From: Acidimicrobiales bacterium
GTDB taxonomy: Bacteria > Actinomycetota > Acidimicrobiia > Acidimicrobiales > Poriferisodalaceae
Assembly (NCBI GenBank): GCA_011051915.1
Contig: DRKF01000101.1
Location: forward strand, 1-15,878
Length of the DNA stretch: 15,878 bases
Reading direction: 5' to 3'
The translations under genes and the position numbers were made by a program. Below, piece after piece: positions 7,772 through 15,858 of this stretch. Position 1 is the first letter of the stretch, and the number at the start of each line of letters is the position of its first letter. The notes beneath the pieces are model-generated. The model made no database searches. It was not told the DNA's origin and saw nothing but the letters and a program-made list of their open reading frames with translations.

Positions 7772-9175
7772 TCAGATCGGGATGATCTCGGCCGGAACTC
7801 CCTCGGGCATCAGGGTGGAGTCGCGCAGGTCGATCGTCGGTTCCGACGCCTCGGTCCCCTGCGGCGCCCCCGATTCGGAGTCGGCTGGGTTCCCGGCGGC
7901 GGGCTCGGCCGCGGCGGCCAGCTCGGTGCGCAGGTCCCTCAGTTCGGCCCGGAACCCGTGCACCAGGTGGGCGAGGGTGATCTCCTCGAGGTCGCTGCCT
8001 CTCATGGTGTTGATGGTGTCGGCCAGTTCGGTGGCGGTCACCACCCCGGGAAGAGCCGAGTTCGAGCGGAGTTCGGCCAGCTCGGCCGACATGTCGTACA
8101 CCGCGGTCGACAGGTCGGCTGTCTCGGCCTCCACGCCCTCCATCGTCGACAGCCGTGCCGCCATGTCGTCCACGGTGGCGGAGAGCCGTTCGATGGACGA
8201 CGCCTGGCGTTGATGGGCGGCCATCAGCTCCCTCCGGACGGCGACCACCGTCTCGGCGAGGTTCTCCACGGACTCCTCGATCCGGCGGGTGTCACCCGAC
8301 GGTCGATCGTCGGCGACGGCCTCGCGTCGTAGTTCCACCATCGCCCGGGCCAGTTGCTCGATGGAGCGGTTGACCGTCGCGATCTGTTCGCTTCCGGCCA
8401 CCTCGGTACGGATCTCGGCCCGCAGCAGATCCACGCCCTCGGTCAACAGAGCCAGGTTCTCATAGAGGCTCTCGACGCGGGCGGGAAGGTCGAGCAGGGG
8501 TACGAGCGTCTCGTGAACGGTGTCGACGGTGCGGGCCGTCGCGGCAACCGTGTCGGGAACAGCGGCCAGGGCCTCCTGGGACCGGACGAGCTGATTGACC
8601 TGTTCGTGGATACGCCCCAGACGGGTCGGGGTCGCCGCCAGGGCCTGGGCCATCTCCAGCAGCCTGTCGATGCGGGGATCGGGTTCGGTCGGCTCCTCGG
8701 GTTCGGCCATGACCTGGAGGATCTCGAGGACCTGGCCCAGCCGAGGGTCGGACACGGGTTCGTTGCGCAGTTCTTGGAGCAGACCCAGCATCTGTTCGAT
8801 ACGTGGGTCTGCGGCGGTCACCGGAATCTGCCCGATGCGCGGGTCTGCGGCGGTCACCGGTATCTGTTCGACTCGGGGGTGGATGCCGGCTCCCACACTG
8901 GTGATGGGTCCCGGGGTGTTCACCGGGGGAGGGGTGCTGTGGTTTCCCGTCGTGGTCGGGTTGGCGGCGGGTGCGGGCCACCAACCGCCGGTGGCGGCCG
9001 GCGGTGCCGAGGGTGACAGCCGTCCCGGCTGGGCGATGATCTGCTCGCACCCGGGGCGTAGTCCGGCGCAGGTCGTTCCCGTCGAGGGGCAGACGCAGTA
9101 GCCGCCCTCCGGTGCGACCGTCATGGCGGAGTCGTCACCGTCCAGAGCGATTCCGAAGTCGTAGCAGTAACCCAT
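7772..9175 (-). CDS. Hypothetical 467-aa protein with a Cys-rich N-terminus, Pro-rich linker, DPR(I/L)xQ repeat block and long coiled-coil C-terminal region
   Basis: The minus-strand ORF has protein-like composition, whereas the overlapping plus-strand ORFs are Arg/Gly-rich artefacts. The GGAGGG SD lies before ATG 9175. The repeats are HPRVEQ / DPRIGQ / DPRIEQ / DPRLGQ / DPRIDR. The C-terminal 300 aa show a Leu/Glu/Ala/Arg-rich heptad pattern. Confidence 0.6.
   Translation of the reverse strand: MGYCYDFGIALDGDDSAMTVAPEGGYCVCPSTGTTCAGLRPGCEQIIAQPGRLSPSAPPAATGGWWPAPAANPTTTGNHSTPPPVNTPGPITSVGAGIHPRVEQIPVTAADPRIGQIPVTAADPRIEQMLGLLQELRNEPVSDPRLGQVLEILQVMAEPEEPTEPDPRIDRLLEMAQALAATPTRLGRIHEQVNQLVRSQEALAAVPDTVAATARTVDTVHETLVPLLDLPARVESLYENLALLTEGVDLLRAEIRTEVAGSEQIATVNRSIEQLARAMVELRREAVADDRPSGDTRRIEESVENLAETVVAVRRELMAAHQRQASSIERLSATVDDMAARLSTMEGVEAETADLSTAVYDMSAELAELRSNSALPGVVTATELADTINTMRGSDLEEITLAHLVHGFRAELRDLRTELAAAAEPAAGNPADSESGAPQGTEASEPTIDLRDSTLMPEGVPAEIIPI
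8796..8867. repeat. Imperfect 36-bp tandem duplication inside the coiled-coil gene, encoding IPVTAADPRIGQ / IPVTAADPRIEQ
   Basis: cgatacgtgggtctgcggcggtcaccggaatctgcc is followed directly by cgatgcgcgggtctgcggcggtcaccggtatctgtt, with 5 mismatches in 36. Confidence 0.8.
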
Positions 9176-9389
9176 CTCAGTCCCGCCCTCCGTGTGGCCC
9201 GTGGGTACACAGACCCCGGTACCGCCGGTGGCGGTCGCGTATTCCCTCAGCGGTCATCAATCCACCCCGGATTCTCGTCCCGCGGACCCCAGGGCCCGCG
9301 CTGTCGTCTCCGGGGCTCGTCGGCGGCGGCGGACAGTGGGTTAGGAGTGGGAGATCGGACCGCCTCCCCGGTCGGATTAGTTTCGGGGA

Positions 9390-10382
9390 ATGACGATCGA
9401 CGCTCTGAACCTCTCCGGTGCCCCGACCCCCCTCCAGAGGGCGGATCGACTCGGGCGGGAGCTGGGATTCCAGCCCGGTGCCCTGATGATCAAGCGCGAC
9501 GATCTGACCGTGTTCGGGGTGGGAGGGAACAAGGCCCGCAAGCTCGACCATCTCTGCGCCGATGCCCGGAACCGGGGTTGTCGGACCCTGGTCACGGGTG
9601 GAGCCGTCCAGAGCAACCATGTGCGCATGACGGCGGCGGCCGCGGCGATGCTGGGCCTGGAGTGTGTCGTGGTGCTCGGGGGTCGGGAGGACTCGCCCAT
9701 GGAGGGGAACCTGCTCCTCGACCGCGTGTTCGGCGCCAGAACGGTGTTCACCGGCGCGGTCTACTCCGATGAGTTGGAGGAGGCCATAGCGGAGGAGGTC
9801 GACCGCCTGGACAGCCGGGGTGAGGCTCCGTATCTCATACCCCTCGGAGGCTCGTCCCCGATCGGGGCCCTGGGTTACGTCGACGCCGCCCGGGAGATAG
9901 CTGCGGAGGCCTCCGGAGCGCCGGTGGTCTACACCGCCTGTGGATCGGGAGGCACCCACGCCGGTCTGGTCGCCGGTCTGGGTGACCACGCCCGGGTGGT
10001 CGGGGTGGATGTCGGCGCGGTCCGCGACATCGGGACCAAGGTCGCTTCCCTGGCCCCGATGACGGCGGCGGCGGCCGGGATGGCCGAACCGAGGGGGGAG
10101 GTGAGGTTGGTGAGCGGCCAGATCGGTCGTGGCTACGGAGCACCCACCGAGGCCGCCCGGGAGGCCATCCTGCTGGTGGCGCGAACGGAGGGAATAGTGC
10201 TGGATCCGGTGTACTCGGGCAAGGCCATGGCCGGGCTTGTCGCCGATCGGCGGGAGGGACGCCTGGGGAGCGATCAGCCCACCGTGTTCGTGCACACCGG
10301 TGGCCTTCCCGCCCTGTTCACCTCCCGCTACCGCGACTGGCTGGCGGGGAACGGGAATGCGGTGGCTTCCGACGGACAGTGA
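9390..10382 (+). CDS. PLP-dependent D-cysteine desulfhydrase / 1-aminocyclopropane-1-carboxylate deaminase family enzyme
   Basis: TPLQR...MIKRDDLT..GGNKARKLD is the Lys-containing PLP motif of the ACC deaminase/DcyD fold-type II family, followed by a Gly-rich CGSGGTHAG loop. Length is 330 aa. Confidence 0.8.
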   Translation: MTIDALNLSGAPTPLQRADRLGRELGFQPGALMIKRDDLTVFGVGGNKARKLDHLCADARNRGCRTLVTGGAVQSNHVRMTAAAAAMLGLECVVVLGGREDSPMEGNLLLDRVFGARTVFTGAVYSDELEEAIAEEVDRLDSRGEAPYLIPLGGSSPIGALGYVDAAREIAAEASGAPVVYTACGSGGTHAGLVAGLGDHARVVGVDVGAVRDIGTKVASLAPMTAAAAGMAEPRGEVRLVSGQIGRGYGAPTEAAREAILLVARTEGIVLDPVYSGKAMAGLVADRREGRLGSDQPTVFVHTGGLPALFTSRYRDWLAGNGNAVASDGQ

Positions 10383-10427
10383 CCACTGAGGGCCCGGCCC
10401 GGTCCGGCCGGACGGTGAAGTCGCCGG

Positions 10428-11174
10428 TCAGCCGTCTCCGTCGGTTGCCAGCACCCGGCCGAACAGGGACAGCATCCGCCGCCAGCTGTCCTCGGCGGCC
10501 TCGTCGTCGTAGCCGACGTGCATCGGGCCCACGGCGGTGACCTTCTTCAGCATCCCGTCGGGGTGCTGGTTCATGAAACTGTGTCCGACACCGGGGTAGA
10601 TGACGACGTCATGGTCCACACCCAGGTCGTCCAGTACGGCGTCGAGCCTCCTGCCGTGGGAGGCGAAGAGACGGTCGCGCTCCCCGAAGCCGCCCACGAC
10701 CGGGCACACCCCGGCCAGCTCGGAGGGGTCCTTTGGTACGTCACCGTAGAAGTCGGCCGTGGCCCGGATCGGGCCCTTGACCCCGTACATCAGGGCGAAC
10801 CCACCGCCCATGCAGAACCCGGCGGCGGCCAGGCGTTCCCCGTCGACCTCGCTGCGGTCGGCCAGCCAGGAGCGGGCCACGTCGAGATCGTCGAAGGCCT
10901 GCCCCTCCCGGTTCCTGAGGGCCTTGAACACCCGGGCCACACAGGCCGGTCGGAACCCGGATCCGAAGAGGTCCGGGGCCAGGGCGGCGTATCCGGCCTC
11001 GGCGAAGCGGGCGGCGATTCGGCGGATGTCGTCGGTCAACCCGAAGATCTCGTGGATCACCAGCACCCCGGGCAGCCCGGCGTCGGTGTTCTCCGATCCG
11101 TCGGGCAGGGCGAAGGAGGCGTTGATCGAGCGGCCGGATCCGGCCGCGATGTCCACGTCGAACTGGAGAACCAT
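10428..11174 (-). CDS. Dienelactone hydrolase family alpha/beta hydrolase
   Basis: GVLVIHEIFGL...AAAGFCMGGGFAL (nucleophile elbow G-x-C/S-x-G) ...YPGVGHSF, typical of DLH/carboxymethylenebutenolidase. ATG 11174 has an AGGAG SD 8 nt upstream. Confidence 0.75.
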   Translation of the reverse strand: MVLQFDVDIAAGSGRSINASFALPDGSENTDAGLPGVLVIHEIFGLTDDIRRIAARFAEAGYAALAPDLFGSGFRPACVARVFKALRNREGQAFDDLDVARSWLADRSEVDGERLAAAGFCMGGGFALMYGVKGPIRATADFYGDVPKDPSELAGVCPVVGGFGERDRLFASHGRRLDAVLDDLGVDHDVVIYPGVGHSFMNQHPDGMLKKVTAVGPMHVGYDDEAAEDSWRRMLSLFGRVLATDGDG

Positions 11175-11255
11175 GTTCGGGCTCCTGGGGGTTGTGGGGA
11201 CTGGCCCCGGCCGGACACGGAAATCGCGCCCGTCAGGGACTGCTGGTGTGCAAAC

Positions 11256-11352
11256 ATGGTTCCACCTAGAAAGGAGGTGGTCCCACCAAATGAACTGTAT
11301 CTGTAGGACCTTGGAGGTGGCCGGGCGCTGAGGCGACCCGCCACGGGTCGCC
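11256..11352 (+). promoter_or_regulatory. AT-rich structured island with a 15/16-nt complement of the 16S rRNA 3' tail (AGAAAGGAGGTGGTCC), flanking anti-SD-like CCACCT/CCACC segments, mini-ORFs, and a downstream 8-bp GC hairpin (11332-11352)
   Basis: The plus strand at 11268-11283 is complementary to the actinobacterial 16S 3' end (...GGATCACCTCCTTTCT), with only G for A at one position. CCACCT (11262-11267) can pair with AGGTGG (11275-11280), and AGGTGG can alternatively pair with CCACC (11283-11287). ATG at 11290 opens a 13-codon ORF, MNCICRTLEVAGR. A second GGAGGTGG lies at 11312-11319. The hairpin is GGCGACCC-gccac-GGGTCGCC. Confidence 0.35.
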
Positions 11353-11567
11353 TCTGATCGCTCAGCGATTCAGGTGGCGACTCCAACCCGGACCACCGGA
11401 ACCCCGGACCCCGCGGCCTGGTCCTGCCGCGGCATCGACGAGGGCTCACCCGCCCCGCCGATGAAGGTGTCCGGGGTTCTTCCGCGTCCGCCCGGTTCCG
11501 GAGCGGAGACCAGTGGTGCGGGACGACGATTCCCCGGCGACCCGAGGGGGTCTCCGTATCGGCAATC

Positions 11568-13028
11568 ATGGTGGTCATGATCGATCCCCAACTCGTCAGA
11601 GCCTCGGTGGAGACCGCGTGGGATTCGGGAATCGTGGACGTGCTGCGGCGCTACATCGAGATCCCCAACAAGAGCCCGGCGTTCGACCCCGGGTGGTCCG
11701 ACCACGGCCACATGGATCGGGCCGTGGAGATGTTCGTCGCCTGGGCCCGGTCCCGGCCCATCGACGGTCTGACGGTGGAGGTGGTGCGTCTGAGCGGACG
11801 GACCCCGCTGATCCTCATCGAGGTTCCCGCCACCGCGGCCGGGTCCGACGAGGATCCCGACCGCTCCGAACCCCGGACCGTTCTTCTCTACGGGCATCTC
11901 GACAAGCAGCCCGAGATGGAGGGCTGGGACGCCGACAAGGGTCCCTGGCAGCCGGTGCTCGTCGGTGAACGTCTGTACGGCCGCGGTGGGGCCGACGACG
12001 GCTACGCCATGTTCGCGGCCCTCTCGGCGGTCGAGGCCGTCCGGGCGGCGGGGGGCAGCCACTCCCGTCTGGTGATCATGATCGAGGCATCGGAGGAGTC
12101 GGGCAGTCCCGATCTCCCGGCCTACGTGGACCATCTCGTTCCCCGCCTGGGGACGGTCGACCTCGTCGTGTGCCTCGACTCGGGGGCCGCCGACTACGAC
12201 GCCCTGTGGGTCACGACCTCGCTTCGGGGTCTCGCCGGCGGGACCCTGGAGGTGACGATGCTCGAGGAGGGCCTCCACTCGGGCTCGGCCAGTGGCGTGG
12301 TCCCCTCGACGTTCCGGATACTGCGCCATCTCCTGGATCGGGTCGAGGACTCCGCGACCGGGCAGATACTGCTTCCCGAACTGAACGCGCCGATTCCCGC
12401 CTCGGTGGTCACCGCCGCGGTGGAGTCCGCCGAGGTCCTCGCCGACGAGGTAGTCGAGTGCCTGCCCTTCGTGGAAGGGGCCCGGGCGGTGTCCGATGAC
12501 GTGGCCGAACTCGTGGTGAACCGGACATGGCGCCCGACGCTCTCGGTGACCGGACTCGACGGTGCACCCCCACCCGAGGACGCCGGGAACGTGCTGCGCC
12601 CCCGAACCCGGGCGAAACTGTCGTTCCGGCTGCCGCCCACCGTGGACAGTCAGGCGGCCCTGGAGGCGATCGAGCATGCTCTGACGTCCGATCCTCCCTA
12701 CGGGGCCCGGGTGGAGCTGACCGAGGGGGAGGCCGGTCCGGGTTGGTGCGCTCCGGAGCTCGAACCGTGGCTGGCCGCGGCCCTCACCACCGCCTCGGAG
12801 ATCCACTTCGGTCGCCCGGTGGGATTCCAGGGCGAGGGGGGCTCCATCCCCTTCATGGGCATGCTGGGTGAGAGGTTTCCCTCCGCCCAGTTCGTGGTGA
12901 CCGGGGTGCTCGGACCGGGCTCCAACGCCCACGGCCCCAACGAGTTCCTGGATCTCCCCACCGCTCGCCGGCTGACCGCGTGCGTGGCCCACGTTCTCGA
13001 CGGGCATGCCACGAGGAGCCGGTCATGA
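11568..13028 (+). CDS. M20/M25/M40-family metallopeptidase (dipeptidase/carboxypeptidase-like, with dimerisation domain)
   Basis: LLYGHLDKQP (metal-binding His/Asp), RLYGRGGADDGYAMFAAL (the M20 G-x-x-DDK/G motif), IMIEASEESGS (catalytic Glu-Glu). Length is 486 aa. Confidence 0.85.
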   Translation: MVVMIDPQLVRASVETAWDSGIVDVLRRYIEIPNKSPAFDPGWSDHGHMDRAVEMFVAWARSRPIDGLTVEVVRLSGRTPLILIEVPATAAGSDEDPDRSEPRTVLLYGHLDKQPEMEGWDADKGPWQPVLVGERLYGRGGADDGYAMFAALSAVEAVRAAGGSHSRLVIMIEASEESGSPDLPAYVDHLVPRLGTVDLVVCLDSGAADYDALWVTTSLRGLAGGTLEVTMLEEGLHSGSASGVVPSTFRILRHLLDRVEDSATGQILLPELNAPIPASVVTAAVESAEVLADEVVECLPFVEGARAVSDDVAELVVNRTWRPTLSVTGLDGAPPPEDAGNVLRPRTRAKLSFRLPPTVDSQAALEAIEHALTSDPPYGARVELTEGEAGPGWCAPELEPWLAAALTTASEIHFGRPVGFQGEGGSIPFMGMLGERFPSAQFVVTGVLGPGSNAHGPNEFLDLPTARRLTACVAHVLDGHATRSRS

Positions 13029-13089
13029 CGGGGTTCGACCGGGTCAAACCGACCTGCCGGCCGGTGTCGACGGGGATCGGAGTGGGTAT

Positions 13090-13290
13090 ATGACCGACGG
13101 AACCCCCGAGATGTTGAAGTTCGAGTGTCCGCGTTGCCACCGGGAGACGTCGGCCCGGTTCTACGGCCCCTGTGAGGAGTGCCGTGAGGAGCTGATCGCC
13201 ACCCTCGGTGGTGAGGCCAGAGATGTCGAGGTGGCCGAGTACGAACCGAAGATGAACGTCACTCCCAACCAGGTCGCCACCAAGGACTAG
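13090..13290 (+). CDS. Small zinc-ribbon protein (66 aa), CPRC-x11-CEEC; its 3' end is the first unit of a 68-bp tandem repeat
   Basis: ATG 13090 has GGAG 8 nt upstream. It lies about 60 bp downstream of the M20 peptidase on the same strand. It has four Cys in two CxxC pairs. The last 20 codons plus the stop are re-copied three more times downstream. Confidence 0.5.
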   Translation: MTDGTPEMLKFECPRCHRETSARFYGPCEECREELIATLGGEARDVEVAEYEPKMNVTPNQVATKD

Positions 13291-13498
13291 ACGTGAAGGT
13301 GGCCGAGTACGAACCGAAGATGAACGTCACTCCCAACCAGGTCGCCACCAAGGACTAGACGTGAAGGTGGCCGAGTACGAACCAAAGATGAACGTCACTC
13401 CCAACCAGGTCGCCACCAAGGACTAGACGTCGAGGTGGCCGAGTACGAACCGAAGATGAACGTCACTCCCAACCAGGTCGCCACCAAGGACTAGACGT
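13223..13498. repeat. Direct tandem repeat array: 68-bp unit repeated four times with no spacers (MIRU/VNTR-like minisatellite)
   Basis: The unit is acgt[g/c][a/g]aGGTGGCCGAGTACGAACC[g/a]AAGATGAACGTCACTCCCAACCAGGTCGCCACCAAGGACTAG. TAG stops fall at 13288, 13356, 13424 and 13492, exactly 68 bp apart. Only 3 variable positions occur among the copies. Each unit contains the mini-ORF MNVTPNQVATKD*. Confidence 0.95.
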
Positions 13499-13539
13499 TC
13501 GGCGGGTGATCCCGGTGAGACTGGCCCGTCGAGGTGCGA

Positions 13540-14700
13540 TCAGGTCAGGCTCGGGGCCAGTCGGTCCAGGGCCCGGGCGATCTCGTCACGGTCCCCGGCG
13601 TAGCTGAAGCGCACATAGCGGTTGCCGCGGGTCGGGTCGAAATCGATGCCGGGGGTGGCGGCCACACCGAGTTCGCTCAACCAGCGACGGCACAGATCCT
13701 GACTGTCGTCGGTCAGGTGGGAGACGTCCGCCCACACGTAGAAGGCACCGTCGGCGGGGGCCAGGCGATCGAGACCCATCTCGGGCAGGCGGGAGACCAT
13801 CAGGTCCCGGTTGGCCCGGTAGCGGGCCACGTTGGCGTCGAGCTCGGCGGTGGCGTCGAAGGCGGCCACGGCAGCCAGTTGGGCCAGGGTCGGGGGCGCG
13901 ATGGTGAGGTTCTGGGCCAGTCTCTCGACCGGAGTCAGCAGGCCGGTGGGCAGCACGGTCCATCCCAGGCGCCAACCCGTCATCGAGTAGTACTTGGAGA
14001 AGCTGTTGACGACTATGGGGTCCCCGGGAAGTCCCACGGCCGTCTCCGCCGGGGTCCCGAAGGTGATGCCGTGGTAGATCTCGTCGGAGATGAGGGTGAT
14101 GTCCCTGGTGGCGCAGTACTCCGCCAGTTCCGCCAGGGCCCCGGGGCGCAGCACCGTGCCCGTCGGGTTGGACGGACTGGCGAGCATCACCCCGTCGAGA
14201 TCCCCGGCGGCCTCCAGGTCGTCGGGCGTCAACCTGAACCCGGACTCCGCCGACAGAGGTACGTCGACGGCTTCCATGCCCAGGGCCGTCAGGGTATTCC
14301 GGTAGCAGGGATAGCCGGGGCTGGTGACCGCCACCCGGGAGCCGGGAGCGAAGGCGGCGATGAAGATCAGGACGAACGCCCCCGACGCCCCCTGGGTGAC
14401 CACAATCCGGGACGGATCCACGATCTCGTCGTACCAGTCGGCGTAGTGGGCGGCTATGGCCTCCCGCAGGGGCTGGTGGCCCAGAGCGACGGTGTAGCCG
14501 AGACGGTCGTCGTCGAGGGCTCTGCGGGCCGCCTCGAGCACCGCGGCGGGAGCCGGTGTCGCCGGCTGGCCCACCTCGAGGTGCAGCACCTCCAGGCCCG
14601 CCTTCTCGCGGGCGGCGGCCTCTCTCATCACCTCCATCACGTGGAAGGGGGGAATCAGGTGGCTGGGAATCTGGCGACGATCGTGCTGAGCTCCGTTCAC
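13540..14700 (-). CDS. Class I/II PLP-dependent aminotransferase (aspartate/aromatic aminotransferase-like)
   Basis: N-terminal PSHLIPPFHVMEVM, TSPGYPCY, ASPSNPTG, and NSFSKYYSMTGWRLGW (the SxSK PLP-Lys motif followed by the conserved Arg region). GTG start at 14700. Confidence 0.85.
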   Translation of the reverse strand: MNGAQHDRRQIPSHLIPPFHVMEVMREAAAREKAGLEVLHLEVGQPATPAPAAVLEAARRALDDDRLGYTVALGHQPLREAIAAHYADWYDEIVDPSRIVVTQGASGAFVLIFIAAFAPGSRVAVTSPGYPCYRNTLTALGMEAVDVPLSAESGFRLTPDDLEAAGDLDGVMLASPSNPTGTVLRPGALAELAEYCATRDITLISDEIYHGITFGTPAETAVGLPGDPIVVNSFSKYYSMTGWRLGWTVLPTGLLTPVERLAQNLTIAPPTLAQLAAVAAFDATAELDANVARYRANRDLMVSRLPEMGLDRLAPADGAFYVWADVSHLTDDSQDLCRRWLSELGVAATPGIDFDPTRGNRYVRFSYAGDRDEIARALDRLAPSLT

Positions 14701-14765
14701 GAGCCGATCATGCCACCGTGGCGGCGGGGGTGTGATGTCGTGTCGATGTCGGGCGGGGCGAGGGA

Positions 14766-15110
14766 TCAGTCGTCGACCACGGTCACCGGTCGGGCGGCGG
14801 TCTCGAGGTCCAGCACTTCCTCCCCGGTGGTCTCCGATGTCGAGCCGGCCAGGTTCACCACCTGGCGGGGCCGCCGGTCGATGAGGACGTTCCGCGGGGG
14901 GCGATGAGGCTCATAGGAGGCGATCACGCAGCGCTCCGATATCGTCGCCGCCGCCTCGGTCAACCAACGCTCGCGGGCCCGGTCGACACACTCACAGGGC
15001 CCGGCCAGCAAGCGGGCCCGATGACGGATGACCACACCCATCCCACCCAGGGCCGCGATCAGCCCCAGCAGTACGGAGGGGTCCAGGGTGGAGACGGAGG
15101 TCGGAGTCAT
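14766..15110 (-). CDS. Hypothetical small membrane-anchored protein (114 aa)
   Basis: The ORF has one predicted TM helix (VLLGLIAALGGMGVVI) and protein-like composition. It has no recognisable SD and I recognise no family, so it may be spurious. Confidence 0.35.
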   Translation of the reverse strand: MTPTSVSTLDPSVLLGLIAALGGMGVVIRHRARLLAGPCECVDRARERWLTEAAATISERCVIASYEPHRPPRNVLIDRRPRQVVNLAGSTSETTGEEVLDLETAARPVTVVDD

Positions 15111-15198
15111 CGCCTGTCATGTCGACGCACCCGACCCCGGGCTGAAGCGATGATGTGACGATCTGACGACGTGGAGATCCCCGAGCGGGTGGTCCCGG

Positions 15199-15858
15199 TC
15201 AGATCACCCGGTTCATGGCCGAACGAAGGACCTCGTGGTCGAAGGTCTCATGGGGGTCGGGTACATATCCCTCGTAGAACCGGGTGCCGGCCCGTACCAC
15301 CCTGGTCTCGGCCAGGCGGTCCATCACATCGCGTAGCTGGGGTCCGGAGTAGGCGGTGGCTCCCAGGACCGCGATGGTGCCGATGATCCCCCTCCAGAGG
15401 GGAATGAGTGTCGCCAGGCCCGGGAGAACCCAGCGGACGAAGGCCTGGGCCCGGCCCGGCGTACCCAGCGTGTGGATGTCGACCACCCGGATACCGGCAA
15501 TCAGGCGACCCGGGGTCTGCCCGGTGGTGCTGAGAAACCCGACCTCGTAGAACATCCCCACCACGAACGCCAGCAGGGTGAAGACGAATACATCGCCCCA
15601 CGGTGAGGGGGCCAGCACGATCATGGCCCGCGGCCAGGTGGTGGCCACCACCGAGAACAGAAGGCCCAGACTGAGCCACCAGACCACGAACCCGTCGATC
15701 AGGCGGGCCAGGAACCGGCGGAACATGATCCCCTGACTGTCGGGCCGGACCCTCGGTGGCGTGGAACCGGTCGGGTGCCGCCCCGGCCCCGACCGGACCG
15801 AGTCGCTGCCCTGACCGTCTCGGGACGGACGGTCGGTGACTCCAGTTGGGCTCTGCAT
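15199..15858 (-). CDS. RDD-family membrane protein
   Basis: MFRRFLARLIDGFVVW (R-x-D-D-type motif) is followed by 3 TM helices and GQTPGRLIAGIRVVD, characteristic of the RDD family. A strong SD (GAGGGGG) lies 7 nt before ATG 15858. The N-terminal 44 aa form a Pro/Gly/Ser-rich disordered extension; the alternative start is ATG 15726. Confidence 0.7.
   Translation of the reverse strand: MQSPTGVTDRPSRDGQGSDSVRSGPGRHPTGSTPPRVRPDSQGIMFRRFLARLIDGFVVWWLSLGLLFSVVATTWPRAMIVLAPSPWGDVFVFTLLAFVVGMFYEVGFLSTTGQTPGRLIAGIRVVDIHTLGTPGRAQAFVRWVLPGLATLIPLWRGIIGTIAVLGATAYSGPQLRDVMDRLAETRVVRAGTRFYEGYVPDPHETFDHEVLRSAMNRVI

Noticed and set aside
11262-11287. Fragment of a 16S rRNA gene (CACCTCCTTTCT on the minus strand)
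   Set aside because: Only the 3'-terminal 15-16 nt are matched, and there is no rRNA-like sequence on either side. It is better explained as a Shine-Dalgarno-type complement on the plus strand than as an rRNA remnant.
11370-13007. Long antisense ORFs opposite the M20 peptidase (545 aa), aminotransferase (13534..14907, 457 aa), ACC-deaminase-like gene (9177..10295), DLH (10518..11306), GH26 (4318..5406) and NfeD (2384..3193)
   Set aside because: In every case the opposite strand carries a recognisable family signature: LYGHLDKQP/GRGGADDG, SFSK, GGNKARKL, the DLH nucleophile elbow, HEMNG. The antisense products are Arg/Gly/Pro-rich with no motifs. These are GC-composition artefacts.
13223-13498. 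Possible CRISPR array
   Set aside because: The 68-bp units abut directly with no unique spacers, and the repeat is too long for a CRISPR repeat. It is a plain tandem repeat (minisatellite). No cas genes are present.
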